A DNA stretch of 64,000 nucleotides, taken from Terriglobia bacterium. GTDB lineage: Bacteria > Acidobacteriota > Terriglobia > JAJPHL01 > JAPKYU01. Below are positions 31,130-43,369 of this stretch, piece after piece. The DNA lies in contig CBDBKE010000001.1 of NCBI GenBank assembly GCA_965206645.1, forward strand, positions 256,001 to 320,000, given 5' to 3'. The position numbers and the translations under genes were made by a program. The notes beneath the pieces are model-generated. The model was given only the letters and a program-made list of their open reading frames with translations. It was not told the DNA's origin and made no database searches. Position 1 is the first letter of the stretch. Each line of letters opens with the position of its first letter.

Positions 31130-32393
31130 TGACCAGACCGATTTTTTGTACCAACCGTAGTGAGAGTTTACATCGCAGCCTGGGGCTGTGAAACTGGTTT
31201 CAGTGGCAGGGGAGGGCTATAGGCCCCCGGCGCCGGGGGCCTATAGCCGAGCGCCGAGTGCGGCCGCACCGTGTTGTATTGCACCCTCCACTGTTCAATC
31301 ACCACCTGTGCCTCCTTCAACGAGTAGAAGATCTCTCCATTCAGGCATTCGTCCCGCAGCTTCCCATTGAAACTCTCGCAGTACCCGTTCTCCCAGGGAC
31401 TGCCCGGTTCGATGTACAGTGTCCCGGTCCCTAGATTTGCCAACCACTGGCGCAGTTGTTTGGCGATGAACTCGGGACCATTGTCGGATCGAATCTGTTC
31501 CGGTATCCCTCGCCACAACATCACGTCCGACAACGCCTCAATGATTTGTTGGCTGCCCATCCTCCGCTCCACCCGGATCGCCAGGCATTCCCGCGTGTAC
31601 TCATCCAGCAAGGTCAGCAGCCGCAGCGTTCTCCCCTCGTGCGTTCTGGCACTCATGAAGTCGTAGCTCCACACGTGGTTCGGTCGCTCCGGCCTCAGTC
31701 GTACACAGGAACCGTCGTTCAGCCACAGCCGTCCTCGCGGCCATGAAGTTAGCTGTTTTTCCGGCGGCACTCGTTCAGCCCTTCCCGCCGCCAAATCCGC
31801 TGCACCCGGTCCTTGCCCACTTCCCAGCCCGCACTCCGCAGCAACGCTGTGATCCTCCGGTAGCCATATCGCCCGTACTTCGCTCCCAGGGCAATGATCG
31901 CTCGGGTCAGAGCATCCTCGTCCACCCGATGAATCGGCTCGTATCGTTGTGTCCCTCGCCATTGCCCCAGCAGCCGGCAGGCATGCCGTTCCGACAACCC
32001 GTGTTGCTCCCACGCACGCTCCACCGCACAACGCCGCCGCTCAGGGCTCAGAAGTTTCCCTGTGCCACATCCCGCAGTACCTGCTTCTCCAGAGAAAGCT
32101 CCGCTACCAACCGCTTCAGCCGCGTGTTTTCCTTCTCCAACTCCTTTAGCCGTTTTGCCTGCACCACCTTCAGCCCGCCGTATTCCTTCCGCCACCGGTA
32201 GTAGGTTTGGGTGTGGATTCCAGCTTCTTTGCAGGCTTGGGGCGCAGTCTTCCCGTTCCCCATCTGCACTTCTATCTGCCGTAGCACCGCTACAATCTGC
32301 TCCGGCTTGTAACTCCTTGTCGGCATGACCTCACTTCCTCCTCAAGTGGATTCTCTCTCTTTCCACTTGGTACAAAAAGTGCCGGTCAGGTCA
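31130..32393 (-). mobile_element. IS3-family element copy 2 (orfB disrupted near 31740-31780)
   Basis: Same IRs and ORFs as the other copies; 14 bp longer than the 1250-bp copies because of a garbled patch. Confidence 0.93.
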
Positions 32394-32784
32394 GTTCAGC
32401 AAGAGCGCGGCGGGCCGAAGAGGCTATTCTGTGATAATGGCAGCGAGTTTTGCAGTCAGGTGGTGGACCTGTGAGCCTATTAGAATGGGGTGAAGATCGA
32501 CTTCTCGCGGCCGGGCAAGCCGACCGACAACGGGCACATCGAGTCATTCAACGGAACGTTCCGGGACGAATGTCTGAACACGCATTGGTTCACAACGCTG
32601 GCCGAAGCCAGGCAGATCATCGAGGCTTGGCGAAGGGAGTACAATGAGGGTCGGCCTCACAGGGCCCTGGGGGAGCGTACACCGCACGAATTCGCCTTTC
32701 AGATCGCAGCTCGCTGCGATCTGAAAGTCCGCAAAAGCCCGCAAGACTCACCCTGAGCTTGGTACAGAAATCCGGGGCCCCTCA
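32394..32784 (+). mobile_element. 3' remnant of a different IS3-family element with in-frame stops
   Basis: DNGSEF, SRPGKPTDNGHIESFNG.FRDECLN; terminal GGTACAGAAATCCGGGGCCCCTCA. Confidence 0.85.
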
Positions 32785-32799
32785 CTGGCTATGTCGGAC

Positions 32800-35116
32800 G
32801 GCGTTGTTGCGTAATTCGCGCTCGCGGCGAACCGGGCCGAGAAGCTCATCCGCCTCAGTACACGCGCTCCGATCGTGGCATTCCAAGCTCCGCCATCCGG
32901 TTCAGCACAGCGCACTTGATCGCGGCTTCGACTTTTTGGTTCTTGACCGTGCGGGCCGAGAGGCTTGCCCCGAGTATCGCCTTGTACCGTGAGACCGCAT
33001 TCTCCGCCACGCTCTGGCGAGTGCAGCCACTCGACTTCCGCCACTCATAACGGCCCTGCGTCCTAATACGCCGGAGATGGGTATCACGCATCGCACGCCA
33101 CGGAGGCGGATGAGAGTCTCGGCTGCATCGTGCATTGCGTCGCGGCAAGATCGTCACGATAGCGTCGTGCTGGAGCACGGCCTCGTAGCAGGAACCCGTG
33201 TCGTAGGCCCGGTCTGCGGAGACTTGCCCGATCGAACCAGGAGTCTTAGACAGCAACGAAGAGAGCCTTCGGGCGTCGTGGACGTTGCTCGCAGTCAGGT
33301 CCATCGCAACGATCTCTTTCGTCGTCTCATCGACGCCTAGGTGGAGCTTTCGCCATGTCCTACGGCGGAGGGTTCGGTGTTTTCTGATGTGCCACTCACC
33401 GGCTCCGTAGATCTTCAGGCCCGTCGAATCGATGACGACATGTCGTGGTCGATCCGTGGGCCCTACACTCAGTCGGACGTCGACGGCGCTTTGCCTTCGG
33501 CTCACCGTGCTGTAGTTGGGCACTGGGAGGTCGAGAGCCATGAGCGCCACGATGGATTGAAGGAACCCTTTGACCTGACCGGCACTTTTTGTACCAAGTG
33601 GAAAGAGAGAGAATCCACTTGAGGAGGAAGTGAGGTCATGCCGACAAGGAGTTACAAGCCGGAGCAGATTGTAGCGGTGCTACGGCAGATAGAAATGCAG
33701 ATGGGGAACGGGAAGACTGCGCCCCAAGCCTGCAAAGAAGCTGGAATCCACACCCAAACCTACTACCGGTGGCGGAAGGAATACGGCGGGCTGAAGGTGG
33801 TGCAGGCAAAACGGCTGAAGGAGTTGGAGAAGGAAAACACGCGGCTGAAGCGGTTGGTAGCGGAGCTTTCTCTGGAGAAGCAGGTGCTGCGGGATGTGGC
33901 ACAGGGAAACTTCTGAGCCCTGAGCGGCGGCGTTGTGCGGTGGAGCGTGCGTGGGAGCAACACGGGTTGTCGGAACGGCATGCCTGCCGGCTGCTGGGGC
34001 AATGGCGAGGGACACAACGATACGAGCCGATTCATCGGGTGGACGAGGATGCTCTGACCCGAGCGATCATTGCCCTGGGAGCGAAGTACGGGCGATATGG
34101 CTACCGGAGGATCACAGCGTTGCTGCGGAGTGCGGGCTGGGAAGTGGGCAAGGACCGGGTGCAGCGGATTTGGCGGCGGGAAGGGCTGAAAGTGCCGCAA
34201 AAACAAAGGCCGCGAGGACGGCTGTGGCTGAACGACGGTTCCTGTGTACGACTGAGGCCGGAGCGACCGAACCACGTGTGGAGCTACGACTTCATGAGTG
34301 CCAGAACGCACGAGGGGAGAACGCTGCGGCTGCTGACCTTGCTGGATGAGTACACGCGGGAATGCCTGGCGATCCGGGTGGAGCGGAGGATGGGCAGCCA
34401 ACAAATCATTGAGGCGTTGTCGGACGTGATGTTGTGGCGAGGGATACCGGAACAGATTCGATCCGACAATGGTCCCGAGTTCATCGCCAAACAACTGCGC
34501 CAGTGGTTGGCAAATCTAGGGACCGGGACACTGTACATCGAACCGGGCAGTCCCTGGGAGAACGGGTACTGCGAGAGTTTCAATGGGAAGCTGCGGGACG
34601 AATGCCTGAATGGAGAGATCTTCTACTCGTTGAAGGAGGCACAGGTGGTGATTGAACACTGGAGGGTGCAATACAACACGGTGCGGCCGCACTCGGCGCT
34701 CGGCTATAGGCCCCCGGCGCCGGGGGCCTATAGCCCTCCCCTGCCACTGAAACCAGTTTCACAGCCCCAGGCTGCGATGTAAACTCTCACTACGGTTGGT
34801 ACAAAAAATCGGTCTGGTCACCCTTGAGTGGTCCGTAGGTTGAGGTGAAACACCGAATTCAGGACCAGCGCACATTGGATCGCCGCATCTGCGTAGACCT
34901 TGGGCCGGCCTCGCCCTTCGAAGGGTCCTGGATGACGCCAGGCAGCGACTGCCTCCGTGTCGAACCACAGTGTCAGCTGCCCACGTTTCACCAGAGCCCG
35001 GTTGTACTCCGGCCAGTTGCGAACCTTATATCGGAAGGTGTAGTCGCTTTTGCCCATCCCCTAGCTTATCAGGAGGGAGAGCGTTGGGGATGGAGTCAGC
35101 TTTCTGCAACAACGCC
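32800..35116 (-). mobile_element. IS5-family (IS903 group) element type B, copy 1, interrupted by IS3 copy 3
   Basis: GGCGTTGTTGC IRs; length 2317 = 1062 + 1250 + 5. Confidence 0.93.
33571..34820 (+). mobile_element. IS3-family element copy 3, intact (1250 bp), 5-bp target duplication CCCTT
   Basis: TGACCTGACC...GGTCTGGTCA; CCCTT on both sides; single CCCTT at the same place in the uninterrupted IS5 copy near 62867. Confidence 0.96.
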
Positions 35117-35602
35117 ACAGCCATCTGCCACTCACTAAGTGCTTTCTGGCGATCTATCTCATTTGCTCGGCCAAGAAAGGTGTCTCCGCAAAGCAACTCC
35201 AGCTGCAACTGGATGTAACTTACAAAACTGCTTGATACATGGCTCATCGTATTCGACTTGCTATGCAGGAAGACTCCGATTTCTGCGACAAGTTCTCCGG
35301 GACTGTCGAAGTTGACGAGACTTATATAGGTGGCAGACGGAAAGGGAAGCGCGGGCGCGGAGCCTCTAATAAAGTTCCTGTAGTCGCGATAAAAGAGAGA
35401 ACATCAGGCAGAATCCGTATGCAAGCATTGGATAGAGTCACTTCGACCAATCTTGCCAAGTTTATCCGTGAACACTCTGAACCAGGATCGGAAGTCCACA
35501 CCGACGAGTTCCGCTCTTATCTGTGGCTTGATACCTCTGAGTTTGTCCACGAATCGGTTAATCATACTGAAACCTACGTGAGAAACGGACGAATCCACAC
35601 TA
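35117..35602 (+). pseudogene. IS1595-family (ISXO2-like) transposase fragment
   Basis: KKGVSAKQLQ...YKTA*YMAHRIR, VEVDETYIGG, GRGA..K, VHTDE, VNH....IHT; both ends missing. Confidence 0.85.
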
Positions 35603-35700
35603 AAGCGGACCTACCTTTTCTGCTGCGTAACGCAGAGCCGCGAAGGGGAAGACTTGGGCCAAGGGTACTCCTCCGTCAGGATGATACAATAGCCCGAGCG

Positions 35701-36408
35701 ATGCAGATTCGCCTGCTGATTTTCGATCTGGACGGCACGCTGATTGACTCCAAGCTCGACCTGGCGGTGGCGGTCAACGCCACCCGCGCTTCCCTCCACC
35801 TGCCGCCCATGGACGAGGGGAAAATCTATTCCTACGTCGGCGAAGGCGCGCCCAAGCTGATTCGGCGCGCGATTGGGCCGAAGTTTAGCGAAGAGGAGCT
35901 GGTGCGAGCGGTCGAGTTTTTCCTGGCCTACTACCGAGACCACAAGCTGGATCACACGCGTTTGTATCCCGGCGTGCCCGAATCCCTGGAGGCGCTCAGC
36001 GACCGCATTCTGGCGGTGCTCACCAACAAGCCGGTGCGCATCAGCCGGGAAATTCTGGAAGAGCTGGGAGTTGCCAGCTGCTTCCGCCACGTGTTCGGCG
36101 GAAACAGTTTTACTACCAAGAAACCTCACCCGGAGGGTGTGTTCACGATCCTTCAAGATACCGGAGTTCCGCCCGAGCAGGCGATGATGGTGGGCGATTC
36201 CGGTGTGGACGTGCTCACCGGGCGCAACGCAGGCATCCAGACCTGTGGGGTCAGCTACGGCTTCGCGCCGGAAACCTTCGAGCAGCACCCACCTGACTTG
36301 ATGGTGGACAGCCTCTCTGAGCTGGCAGCGCTGCTGAACTCAGCCCCATCGCAATCCGGTCCGACCTTGGCTGTTCCACTGATCCAGGACAGCAAGCCCC
36401 TTCCTTAG
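35701..36408 (+). CDS. HAD-family phosphatase (phosphoglycolate-phosphatase-like)
   Basis: IFDLDGTLIDS, LTNKP, KKPHPE, MVGDSGVD. Confidence 0.88.
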   Translation: MQIRLLIFDLDGTLIDSKLDLAVAVNATRASLHLPPMDEGKIYSYVGEGAPKLIRRAIGPKFSEEELVRAVEFFLAYYRDHKLDHTRLYPGVPESLEALSDRILAVLTNKPVRISREILEELGVASCFRHVFGGNSFTTKKPHPEGVFTILQDTGVPPEQAMMVGDSGVDVLTGRNAGIQTCGVSYGFAPETFEQHPPDLMVDSLSELAALLNSAPSQSGPTLAVPLIQDSKPLP

Positions 36409-36479
36409 ACTTAGAAGTTCCCGTTTCCGGCAATTCATCTCCAACACCCGCTCAGCTGTGCGCTACTGGATGTATAACG

Positions 36480-37710
36480 CTGCCAGCTCAACCGGTCGAT
36501 GCAACACAAGCGTTAAATCGTTCTGCCGGAGTTTCAAACTCCAGCGTCTGACGGGGCCGTTCGTTCAGCTGACGTGCCACCTTGTTCAGATGCGCCTGAG
36601 AGTGCACCGACAAGTCCGTTCCCTTGGGGAAGTACTGTCGAAGTAGACCGTTGGTGTTCTCATTCGAACCGCGCTGCCATGGACTCTGAGGATCACAGAA
36701 GTATACGTCAATGTCGGTCGCCAACGTGAACCGTCGATGCTCGGCGAGCTCCAGGCCTCGATCCCAAGTCAGAGATTTGTACAGTTCCGTCGGCAGCTTC
36801 TTCGCGTGCTTGATGAGCGCCGACACGACCGTCTCCGTTTTCTTGCTGGATACTTTCGTAAGCATCACGTAGCGCGTATGACGTTCGACCAGAGTCGCAA
36901 TGTGGCTGTTCTTCGATCCGGACAGCAGATCGCCTTCCCAATGACCGGGCACGGCACGATCTTCGACCGAGGCCGGGCGCTCACGGATCGATACGATGTC
37001 GGTGATCTGTCCTCGTCCATGGCCTCTCAGACTTGCATGTCGGGATCGACGAATCGTCCGCTTTGACCGCAGATGCTGCATCAGCTCTGCCTTCAGCGCA
37101 CCGCGGGCTTGAACAAACAGGCTGCGGTAGATGGTCTCGTGAGACACGTGATAGGACGGATCCTTCGGATAGGCTCGTTTCAGCCAGCTGGCGATCTGCT
37201 CAGGCGACCAGTTTATGCTGAGCTTTCTGGCCACTACCCGTCGTAGTTGTGGATGCTTGACCAGCTGACACCGCTTCGGCCGGCGGGCCCTCTCCCCGGC
37301 TTGCTCATCGGCCTCCGCTGCTCGATAGTCATTATCGCCGCCATTCCGCCGAATCTCCCGGCTCACCGTCGATGGTGAGCGACCCAGCAACCCGGCGATG
37401 GATCGTATCGATTGATGTGCCGCAATGCCTCGAGAGATCTCTTCGCGCTCCGACAACGTCAGTGCCCAACATGAACGGCGTGGTGGCCGAGGACGGATGC
37501 CTCCGTACGGAGCAAGCTGATGGTAAACAGACGATGGCTGCTTACAAAACACTCGTCCAATCGACTTGAGCGACTCCCCTCGTTTCCACCGATCCCACAC
37601 CTCCTCCAGTTCCGCCAGCGTGTAACCGCGACGAGCTCTTTGCTTCATCCGCATACACTCCACCTCCTCCTTTCAAGGCAAAGTGTTGCGTCGATGGGTT
37701 GAGACCACCG
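36480..37710 (-). mobile_element. IS30-family element, complete, transposase 36488-37663
   Basis: IRs containing CTCAACC..TCGA.GCAACA; RSPSTVSREIRRN, WSPEQI, GHWEGDL, LTWDRG.E, PWQRGSNENTNGLLRQYFPK. Confidence 0.93.
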
Positions 37711-37712
37711 CG

Positions 37713-37886
37713 CTTATCGGAAACTGACCCACTAGCCAGCGCCGACCGAGCGGCTTAGCCCACATACCCACAGGCGCAGCAACAACGACAGGAAGATCTA
37801 TCCAAGGAGATTTTGGCGGTATGAGTGACAATCGGAATATACCTTAAACAAACCGCCAAGCCGCCCGACTGACCGGGGCCACCTCA
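37713..37886 (+). mobile_element. Possible right-end remnant of another IS3-type element
   Basis: Ends in CCGGGGCCACCTCA, resembling IS3 IRR and the end at 32784; no transposase left. Confidence 0.4.
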
Positions 37887-38099
37887 AGATCCTCTGGCAC
37901 GCTCTCGCCGATCGTCCTACGGCACGCCGTGCTGCGAGAGTACCCAAGACGCGACTAGCGTCAACAACAGTACGAAAAGGGCAACAGCCACCGCCGGTCC
38001 CCTTTGTGTTCGTTTCATCGTTCTTCCCCCCTCACAGCGTCCTCCCCGCCCACCGCACCTGCCCGAGGACCACGGCCGTCTTTTGGCCACGGCAGGGGC

Positions 38100-38239
38100 T
38101 TGTAGTTTTTATAATTTGTCTGAAAACGCAGACCGCTCTTCCGAAGCTCCTGCTGAATCAATAGCTCCAAGGGGCCATCTCTAAGCTTCACGCATTTCAT
38201 TGCGTGTGAGCGCTGAGCAGGTGTCATAAGATCAGGCAT
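38100..38239 (-). pseudogene. vsr: Vsr (very short patch repair) endonuclease N-terminal fragment
   Basis: MPDLMTPAQRSHAM..VK.RD..LE......L...GLRF; remainder missing. Confidence 0.7.
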
Positions 38240-38268
38240 GATGGACGACTCCTGAAATGCCACTCTGT

Positions 38269-39330
38269 GGCGTTGTTGCAGAAATCTGACTCCATCCCCA
38301 ACGCTCTCCCTCCTGATAGGCTAGGGGATGGGCAAAAGCGACTACACCTTCCGATATAAGGTTCGCAACTGGCCGGAGTACAACCGGGCTCTGGTGAAAC
38401 GTGGGCAGCTGACACTGTGGTTCGACACGGAGGCAGTCGCTGCCTGGCGTCATCCAGGACCCATCGAAGGGCGAGGCCGGCCCAAGGTCTACGCAGATGC
38501 GGCGATCCAATGTGCGCTGGTCCTGAATTCGGTGTTTCACCTCAACCTACGGACCACTGAAGGGTTCCTTCAATCCATCGTGGCGCTCATGGCTCTCGAC
38601 CTCCCAGTGCCCAACTACAGCACGGTGAGCCGAAGGCAAAGCGCCGTCGACGTCCGACTGAGTGTAGGGCCCACGGATCGACCACGACATGTCGTCATCG
38701 ATTCGACGGGCCTGAAGATCTACGGAGCCGGTGAGTGGCACATCAGAAAACACCGAACCCTCCGCCGTAGGACATGGCGAAAGCTCCACCTAGGCGTCGA
38801 TGAGACGACGAAAGAGATCGTTGCGATGGACCTGACTGCGAGCAACGTCCACGACGCCCGAAGGCTCTCTTCGTTGCTGTCTAAGACTCCTGGTTCGATC
38901 GGGCAAGTCTCCGCAGACCGGGCCTACGACACGGGTTCCTGCTACGAGGCCGTGCTCCAGCACGACGCTATCGTGACGATCTTGCCGCGACGCAATGCAC
39001 GATGCAGCCGAGACTCTCATCCGCCTCCGTGGCGTGCGATGCGTGATACCCATCTCCGGCGTATTAGGACGCAGGGCCGTTATGAGTGGCGGAAGTCGAG
39101 TGGCTGCACTCGCCAGAGCGTGGCGGAGAATGCGGTCTCACGGTACAAGGCGATACTCGGGGTAAGCCTCTCGGCCCGCACGGTCAAGAACCAAAAAGTC
39201 GAAGCCGCCATCAAGTGCGCTGTGCTGAACCGGATGGCGGAGCTTGGAATGCCACGATCGGAGCGCGTGTACTGAGGCGGATGAGCTTCTCGGCCCGGTT
39301 CGCCGCGAGCGCGAATTACGCAACAACGCC
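38269..39330 (+). mobile_element. IS5-family (IS903 group) type B copy 2, intact (1062 bp), transposase 38328-39275
   Basis: GGCGTTGTTGC...GCAACAACGCC; NWPEYNRALVKRG, IDSTGLK, WRKLHLGVD, ADRAYD. Confidence 0.95.
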
Positions 39331-39374
39331 CTCCGCCAGTGTGCACTCGCCTCTCTGGAGCAGCGGTCACGGGT

Positions 39375-39701
39375 AGAATCGCTCAATCGCGGATCGGCGA
39401 TGCAGTGCGATTAATTGAACAGGTCGGTAGTCCCCGCGTCAAGATCCTCTTCGACATCTACCACCAGCAGGTAGAGGAGGGAAACACGATTCAACTGGTC
39501 CGGCACTACCACCCATATGTCGGCTATATCCACGTCGCGGATGTCCCGGGTCGGCATGAGCCGGGCACCGGTGAAATCAATTACCCTAAGGTGGCAGAGG
39601 CTCTTCGTGAGGTTGGATACCAAGGAGTAGTCGGGCTGGAAGCGATTCCCTTGGCTGATGATGAACAGGCTCTAGGCCGTTTCCGTGAGGTGTTTGGCTA
39701 A
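39375..39701 (+). pseudogene. C-terminal fragment of a hydroxypyruvate-isomerase-like TIM barrel
   Basis: KILFDIYHQQVEEGN, HVADVPGRHEPGTGEINY, VGLE. Confidence 0.8.
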
Positions 39702-39861
39702 GCCGATCCGAAAGGTGGTCTGCGAGATCCTCTCTCGGTCGAGATAGAGGAACGCTTCCCCCTGAGCAACTCGAAGCCCCATACCGCGATCCAATCACCC
39801 TAGCACCGCCCGAAGTGACTACTGATAAATTCGCCTCAGCGGATTCTCTTCTGGCGCGCTT

Positions 39862-40659
39862 TTATTTGTCTTTTATATTTTCTAATTGCTGTTCCTCTAA
39901 AATAGGGACATCCGGTTCCAGGGTTTTCCACCCCTCGGGATGGTCCGGATGAAGAACGCCGTAAAGAGTCTTGCCAGCTTCAGGTACCAAGGCCCTCACC
40001 GCGATACGGGCACCTCTACCGTCCCGCCTGCAGATCGCATCTGAAACCGCTTTGTGAAGCGGCAAACCAACGGAGGGTAAAAGGTGTCTTGTGATACGTT
40101 GCGTGCTACGTAGCGCCATTCTGATGGTCGCACCCATCTTTTTTAAAAGCTCGTTGTGGGAAGCGATAAAAATCGCATTGTGGAACTTTACGTCTGCCGC
40201 ATCGTACGCGTCACCGTCGTCGGCAAAAAGTTCGGCTTGGCGGTAGGCGTCTCTTATTTTGCCTAAGTCCGCCACGGAGCCCCGAAGCGCTGCGAGCTCA
40301 CAGGCCGCCGTCTCAGCGATCAACCGAACTTCACAAAGATTTCGCACGAACAGATCGTCGACCCCCGCCTCACCTAGCCAGGCAAGTAGCTCTGGATCGA
40401 GGAGGTTCCATTCGTCGCGTGGTCGTATGCGGATGCCGACCTTGGGACGGACCTCCAGCAGACCTTTCGCGGCGAGCACTTTTGTCGACTCTCGGAGAAC
40501 GGTTCGGCTAACCTTCAGGTGCTTTGCGAGATCGGTCTCGTTGGAGAGTCCGGGCTCTCGATCCGGAAACTTACCCTGCAGGATCTGTAATGCAAGATAT
40601 TGGGTGATTTGATCGTGCAGTCTTTGTCTCTTGATTGGCGGGCGCCGTAACAAAGGCAT
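39862..40659 (-). CDS. GntR/FadR-family transcriptional regulator
   Basis: E.DLA..L.VSRTVLRE...L.AKGL...RP..G winged HTH; FCD domain D..FH..I..ASHN. Confidence 0.9.
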   Translation of the reverse strand: MPLLRRPPIKRQRLHDQITQYLALQILQGKFPDREPGLSNETDLAKHLKVSRTVLRESTKVLAAKGLLEVRPKVGIRIRPRDEWNLLDPELLAWLGEAGVDDLFVRNLCEVRLIAETAACELAALRGSVADLGKIRDAYRQAELFADDGDAYDAADVKFHNAIFIASHNELLKKMGATIRMALRSTQRITRHLLPSVGLPLHKAVSDAICRRDGRGARIAVRALVPEAGKTLYGVLHPDHPEGWKTLEPDVPILEEQQLENIKDK

Positions 40660-40708
40660 AGTATTGAGCCTGAAATGTGCTATCGCGTATCTAGCTGGAA
40701 TTGACCGG

Positions 40709-43336
40709 TCAACTCCGAGTGATAAATTCGTCTAGGTTCAAGAGCAACCGGGCGATTGCAACCCAGAGTGCTGCTTCGGGGGGGGAGATGTCTTGCAATT
40801 CCTGCGCAGGGAAAAGCTGGTAAGCCAGGTCCGGGTATTTTTCCAAGATTCTCTTTTGCTCTTGGTAATAGCTGGCGAGACGCTCGCTCTCTGAAGCCCC
40901 GGGCTCCCTGGCGAGGCACAGTTGGAAGGCGTAGCGCAGACGGTCATCCCAACTGCCACGCTCATGGCGCAGAATCCGAACGGCCAGCACCTGGGCTGCC
41001 TCTACAAACACTGGATCGTTCAGCAGGTTCAAGGCCTGCAGGGGCGTGGTGCTTCGTTCGCGTCGAGTGCAGGGAAGAAGAGAATCCGGGGCGTCAAAGT
41101 TTGTTAGCAGTGGATAGGGAGTCGTTCGCAAAAACTTGATGTATAGTCCGCGCCGATAGCGGTCCGTCCCTTTGCTTCCCTCCCATCTGGGCGGTCCGAA
41201 TACGAAGCCAAACTCGATCACACCCTCAGGCTGATGGGGCTCGATACTCCTGCCACCGATGACCGGACTCAAGAGGCCGCTTACGGAGAGCGCAGCGTCG
41301 CGAATCAGTTCCGCGGAGAGACGCAGGCGGACCTGACGAGCCAGCATCTTGTTACCGGGATCATTGGTTTCCATCTCTGGCCTTACGTGCGAGGACTGCC
41401 GGTAGGTAGCCGATTGCACGATGAGCCTGTGCATTTTCTTCATGTCCCAGCCACTTGACATAAAGTCAGTGGCTAGCCAGTCGAGCAATTCGGGGTGCGA
41501 GGCTGGCTCGGATCGTGTGCCGAAGTCACCTGGCGTCCCTACCAGGCCACGACCGAAAAACTCTTGCCAAGCGCGGTTGACCCATATGCGCGAGGTCAGT
41601 GGATTTTCCTCAGACACCACCCACTTGGCCAGGTCCAGGCGTGAAGGGTTGGGAGCCGGGGGAGGGGAATTGAGAATGGACAGCACGCCCGGCTGGACCT
41701 CGATTCCCGGTTGTAGGTAATCCCCGCGGATCAGGATGTGGGTCTTGGGAGGCTGAGGATTCTGCATCAGGATCTGGGCCTCGGTAGGTCCAGGATATTC
41801 CTTTTTCAGATTATGCAGCTTCTCCTTTAGTTCTTCCAACTTCAGTTCTTCGTATTTTTTCTTCCCAACAGAAACCTGATAAAAGTCGGCAAAAAAGTCG
41901 GTCAGCTTATCCTGCTGTTTTTGGGTCCGCTCGTGGGGAGGAAGCATCAGCAATTTGCCTCCCTCGTCCACTGTGACCAGCAGGTTGGACCAACCGGCGT
42001 CGTAAGGAGGATTGGCGCCCGGGTTCCGCCCGGCCGCCAGCGTTTTCTTTTCCCAATCGGGATAGAGTTCCGGCACCTTGTACTCAGCCAATAATGCTTT
42101 TCGTTTATGTTCGTACTCTACCTGCCGCTGTAGATAAGTCCCCAATTCTCCCAGGTAAGGGACTTCGATATTTGCTTCCTTAGCGCTATTGAAAAACGCG
42201 AAGAGCTGATAAAACTCGCGCTGGCTGATCGGATCGTACTTGTGGTCATGGCAACGGGCACAGCCGACCGTGAGCCCCAGCCAAACGGCTCCCAGGGTCG
42301 AGGTGCGATCCACAATCTGTTCGATCCGGTACTCTTCGGGTTTAACGCCACCTTCGCGATTCGTCAGGGTGTTGCGAAAAAATCCGGTCGCGATCTTTTG
42401 CTCGGCAGTAGCATTCGGCAGCAGGTCGCCCGCGAGCTGCTCGAGTGTGAACTGGTCGAAGGGAATGTTGCGATTCAGCGCTTGAATCACCCAATCGCGC
42501 CAACGCCAGGCGTAAGGACGGACAAAGTCCTTTTCATAGCCGTCACTGTCGGCGTAGTGAGCCAGATCAAGCCATTGCCGCGCCCACTTCTCTCCGTAAT
42601 GGGTCGAAGCAAGCAGGCGGTCCACCAGGCGCTCATACGCATCCGGGCGCTGGTCAGCTAAGAACTGGGCCACTTCCTCAGGTGTCGGGGGCAGCCCGAT
42701 CAGATCGAAGTAGAGGCGCCGAATCAAAGTAGACCGGTCGGCCTCCGGAGAGGGCACGATTTTCTCTGCTTCCAACCGAGCAAGGACAAAGGCATCAATC
42801 GGGTTGCGAATCCAGGTCTGGTTGCGCACGTTCGGAAGGGCCGGGCGCTGAGGGGCATTGAAGGCCCAGTGCTTACTTCGTGGGCTTGGGACCTGCAGGG
42901 TGGTAGCTTGCTTCGCCGCCGCCGGCTCCTGCGCCCACTTGGCACCCTGGTCAATCCACCCTCGCAGAAGGCTCACCTGCTCCACGGTCAGCCTTTCTCC
43001 CACCATCGGCATGACCGAACCCTTCACTAAGCCCGCGACCATGTGGATGAGCCTGCTTCCGGCGCTGTTCCCCGGCTTAATCACCGGCCCGGAGTTGCCT
43101 CCGGCCAACGTTGCAGCCTTACTGTCCAGGCGTAATCCACCCATCTGCTGCTTCGGGCCATGGCAGATGGAGCACCTCTCTCGAAACAGCGGCTCGACGT
43201 CCCGTGAAAAATCAACCTGGATTTTTGCCGCAGGAGGCAACGCCTGGATGTCTATTTCCTGGGCCAAATGGGGGACGTAAGCAATTCCCAGAAGAAAAAG
43301 CACCGCAACGCTTGATGTAAAGACCCGTTTGAACAT
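40709..43336 (-). CDS. Planctomycete-type cytochrome c + DUF1549 + DUF1553 protein
   Basis: Signal peptide; CSICH and CARCHDH heme motifs; HWAF, NPIDAFV, RRLYFDLIGLPP, HPELLDWLA, TTPLQAL, LLNLDEFITR. Confidence 0.9.
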   Translation of the reverse strand: MFKRVFTSSVAVLFLLGIAYVPHLAQEIDIQALPPAAKIQVDFSRDVEPLFRERCSICHGPKQQMGGLRLDSKAATLAGGNSGPVIKPGNSAGSRLIHMVAGLVKGSVMPMVGERLTVEQVSLLRGWIDQGAKWAQEPAAAKQATTLQVPSPRSKHWAFNAPQRPALPNVRNQTWIRNPIDAFVLARLEAEKIVPSPEADRSTLIRRLYFDLIGLPPTPEEVAQFLADQRPDAYERLVDRLLASTHYGEKWARQWLDLAHYADSDGYEKDFVRPYAWRWRDWVIQALNRNIPFDQFTLEQLAGDLLPNATAEQKIATGFFRNTLTNREGGVKPEEYRIEQIVDRTSTLGAVWLGLTVGCARCHDHKYDPISQREFYQLFAFFNSAKEANIEVPYLGELGTYLQRQVEYEHKRKALLAEYKVPELYPDWEKKTLAAGRNPGANPPYDAGWSNLLVTVDEGGKLLMLPPHERTQKQQDKLTDFFADFYQVSVGKKKYEELKLEELKEKLHNLKKEYPGPTEAQILMQNPQPPKTHILIRGDYLQPGIEVQPGVLSILNSPPPAPNPSRLDLAKWVVSEENPLTSRIWVNRAWQEFFGRGLVGTPGDFGTRSEPASHPELLDWLATDFMSSGWDMKKMHRLIVQSATYRQSSHVRPEMETNDPGNKMLARQVRLRLSAELIRDAALSVSGLLSPVIGGRSIEPHQPEGVIEFGFVFGPPRWEGSKGTDRYRRGLYIKFLRTTPYPLLTNFDAPDSLLPCTRRERSTTPLQALNLLNDPVFVEAAQVLAVRILRHERGSWDDRLRYAFQLCLAREPGASESERLASYYQEQKRILEKYPDLAYQLFPAQELQDISPPEAALWVAIARLLLNLDEFITRS

Positions 43337-43369
43337 GGAAATCAACTCCAAGAGAAAAACTGCGGTCTC

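Noticed and set aside
31740-31780. Programmed or targeted insertion in IS3 copy 2
   Set aside because: Several scattered small indels relative to the other copies, with no repeat structure; more like local sequencing or consensus noise.
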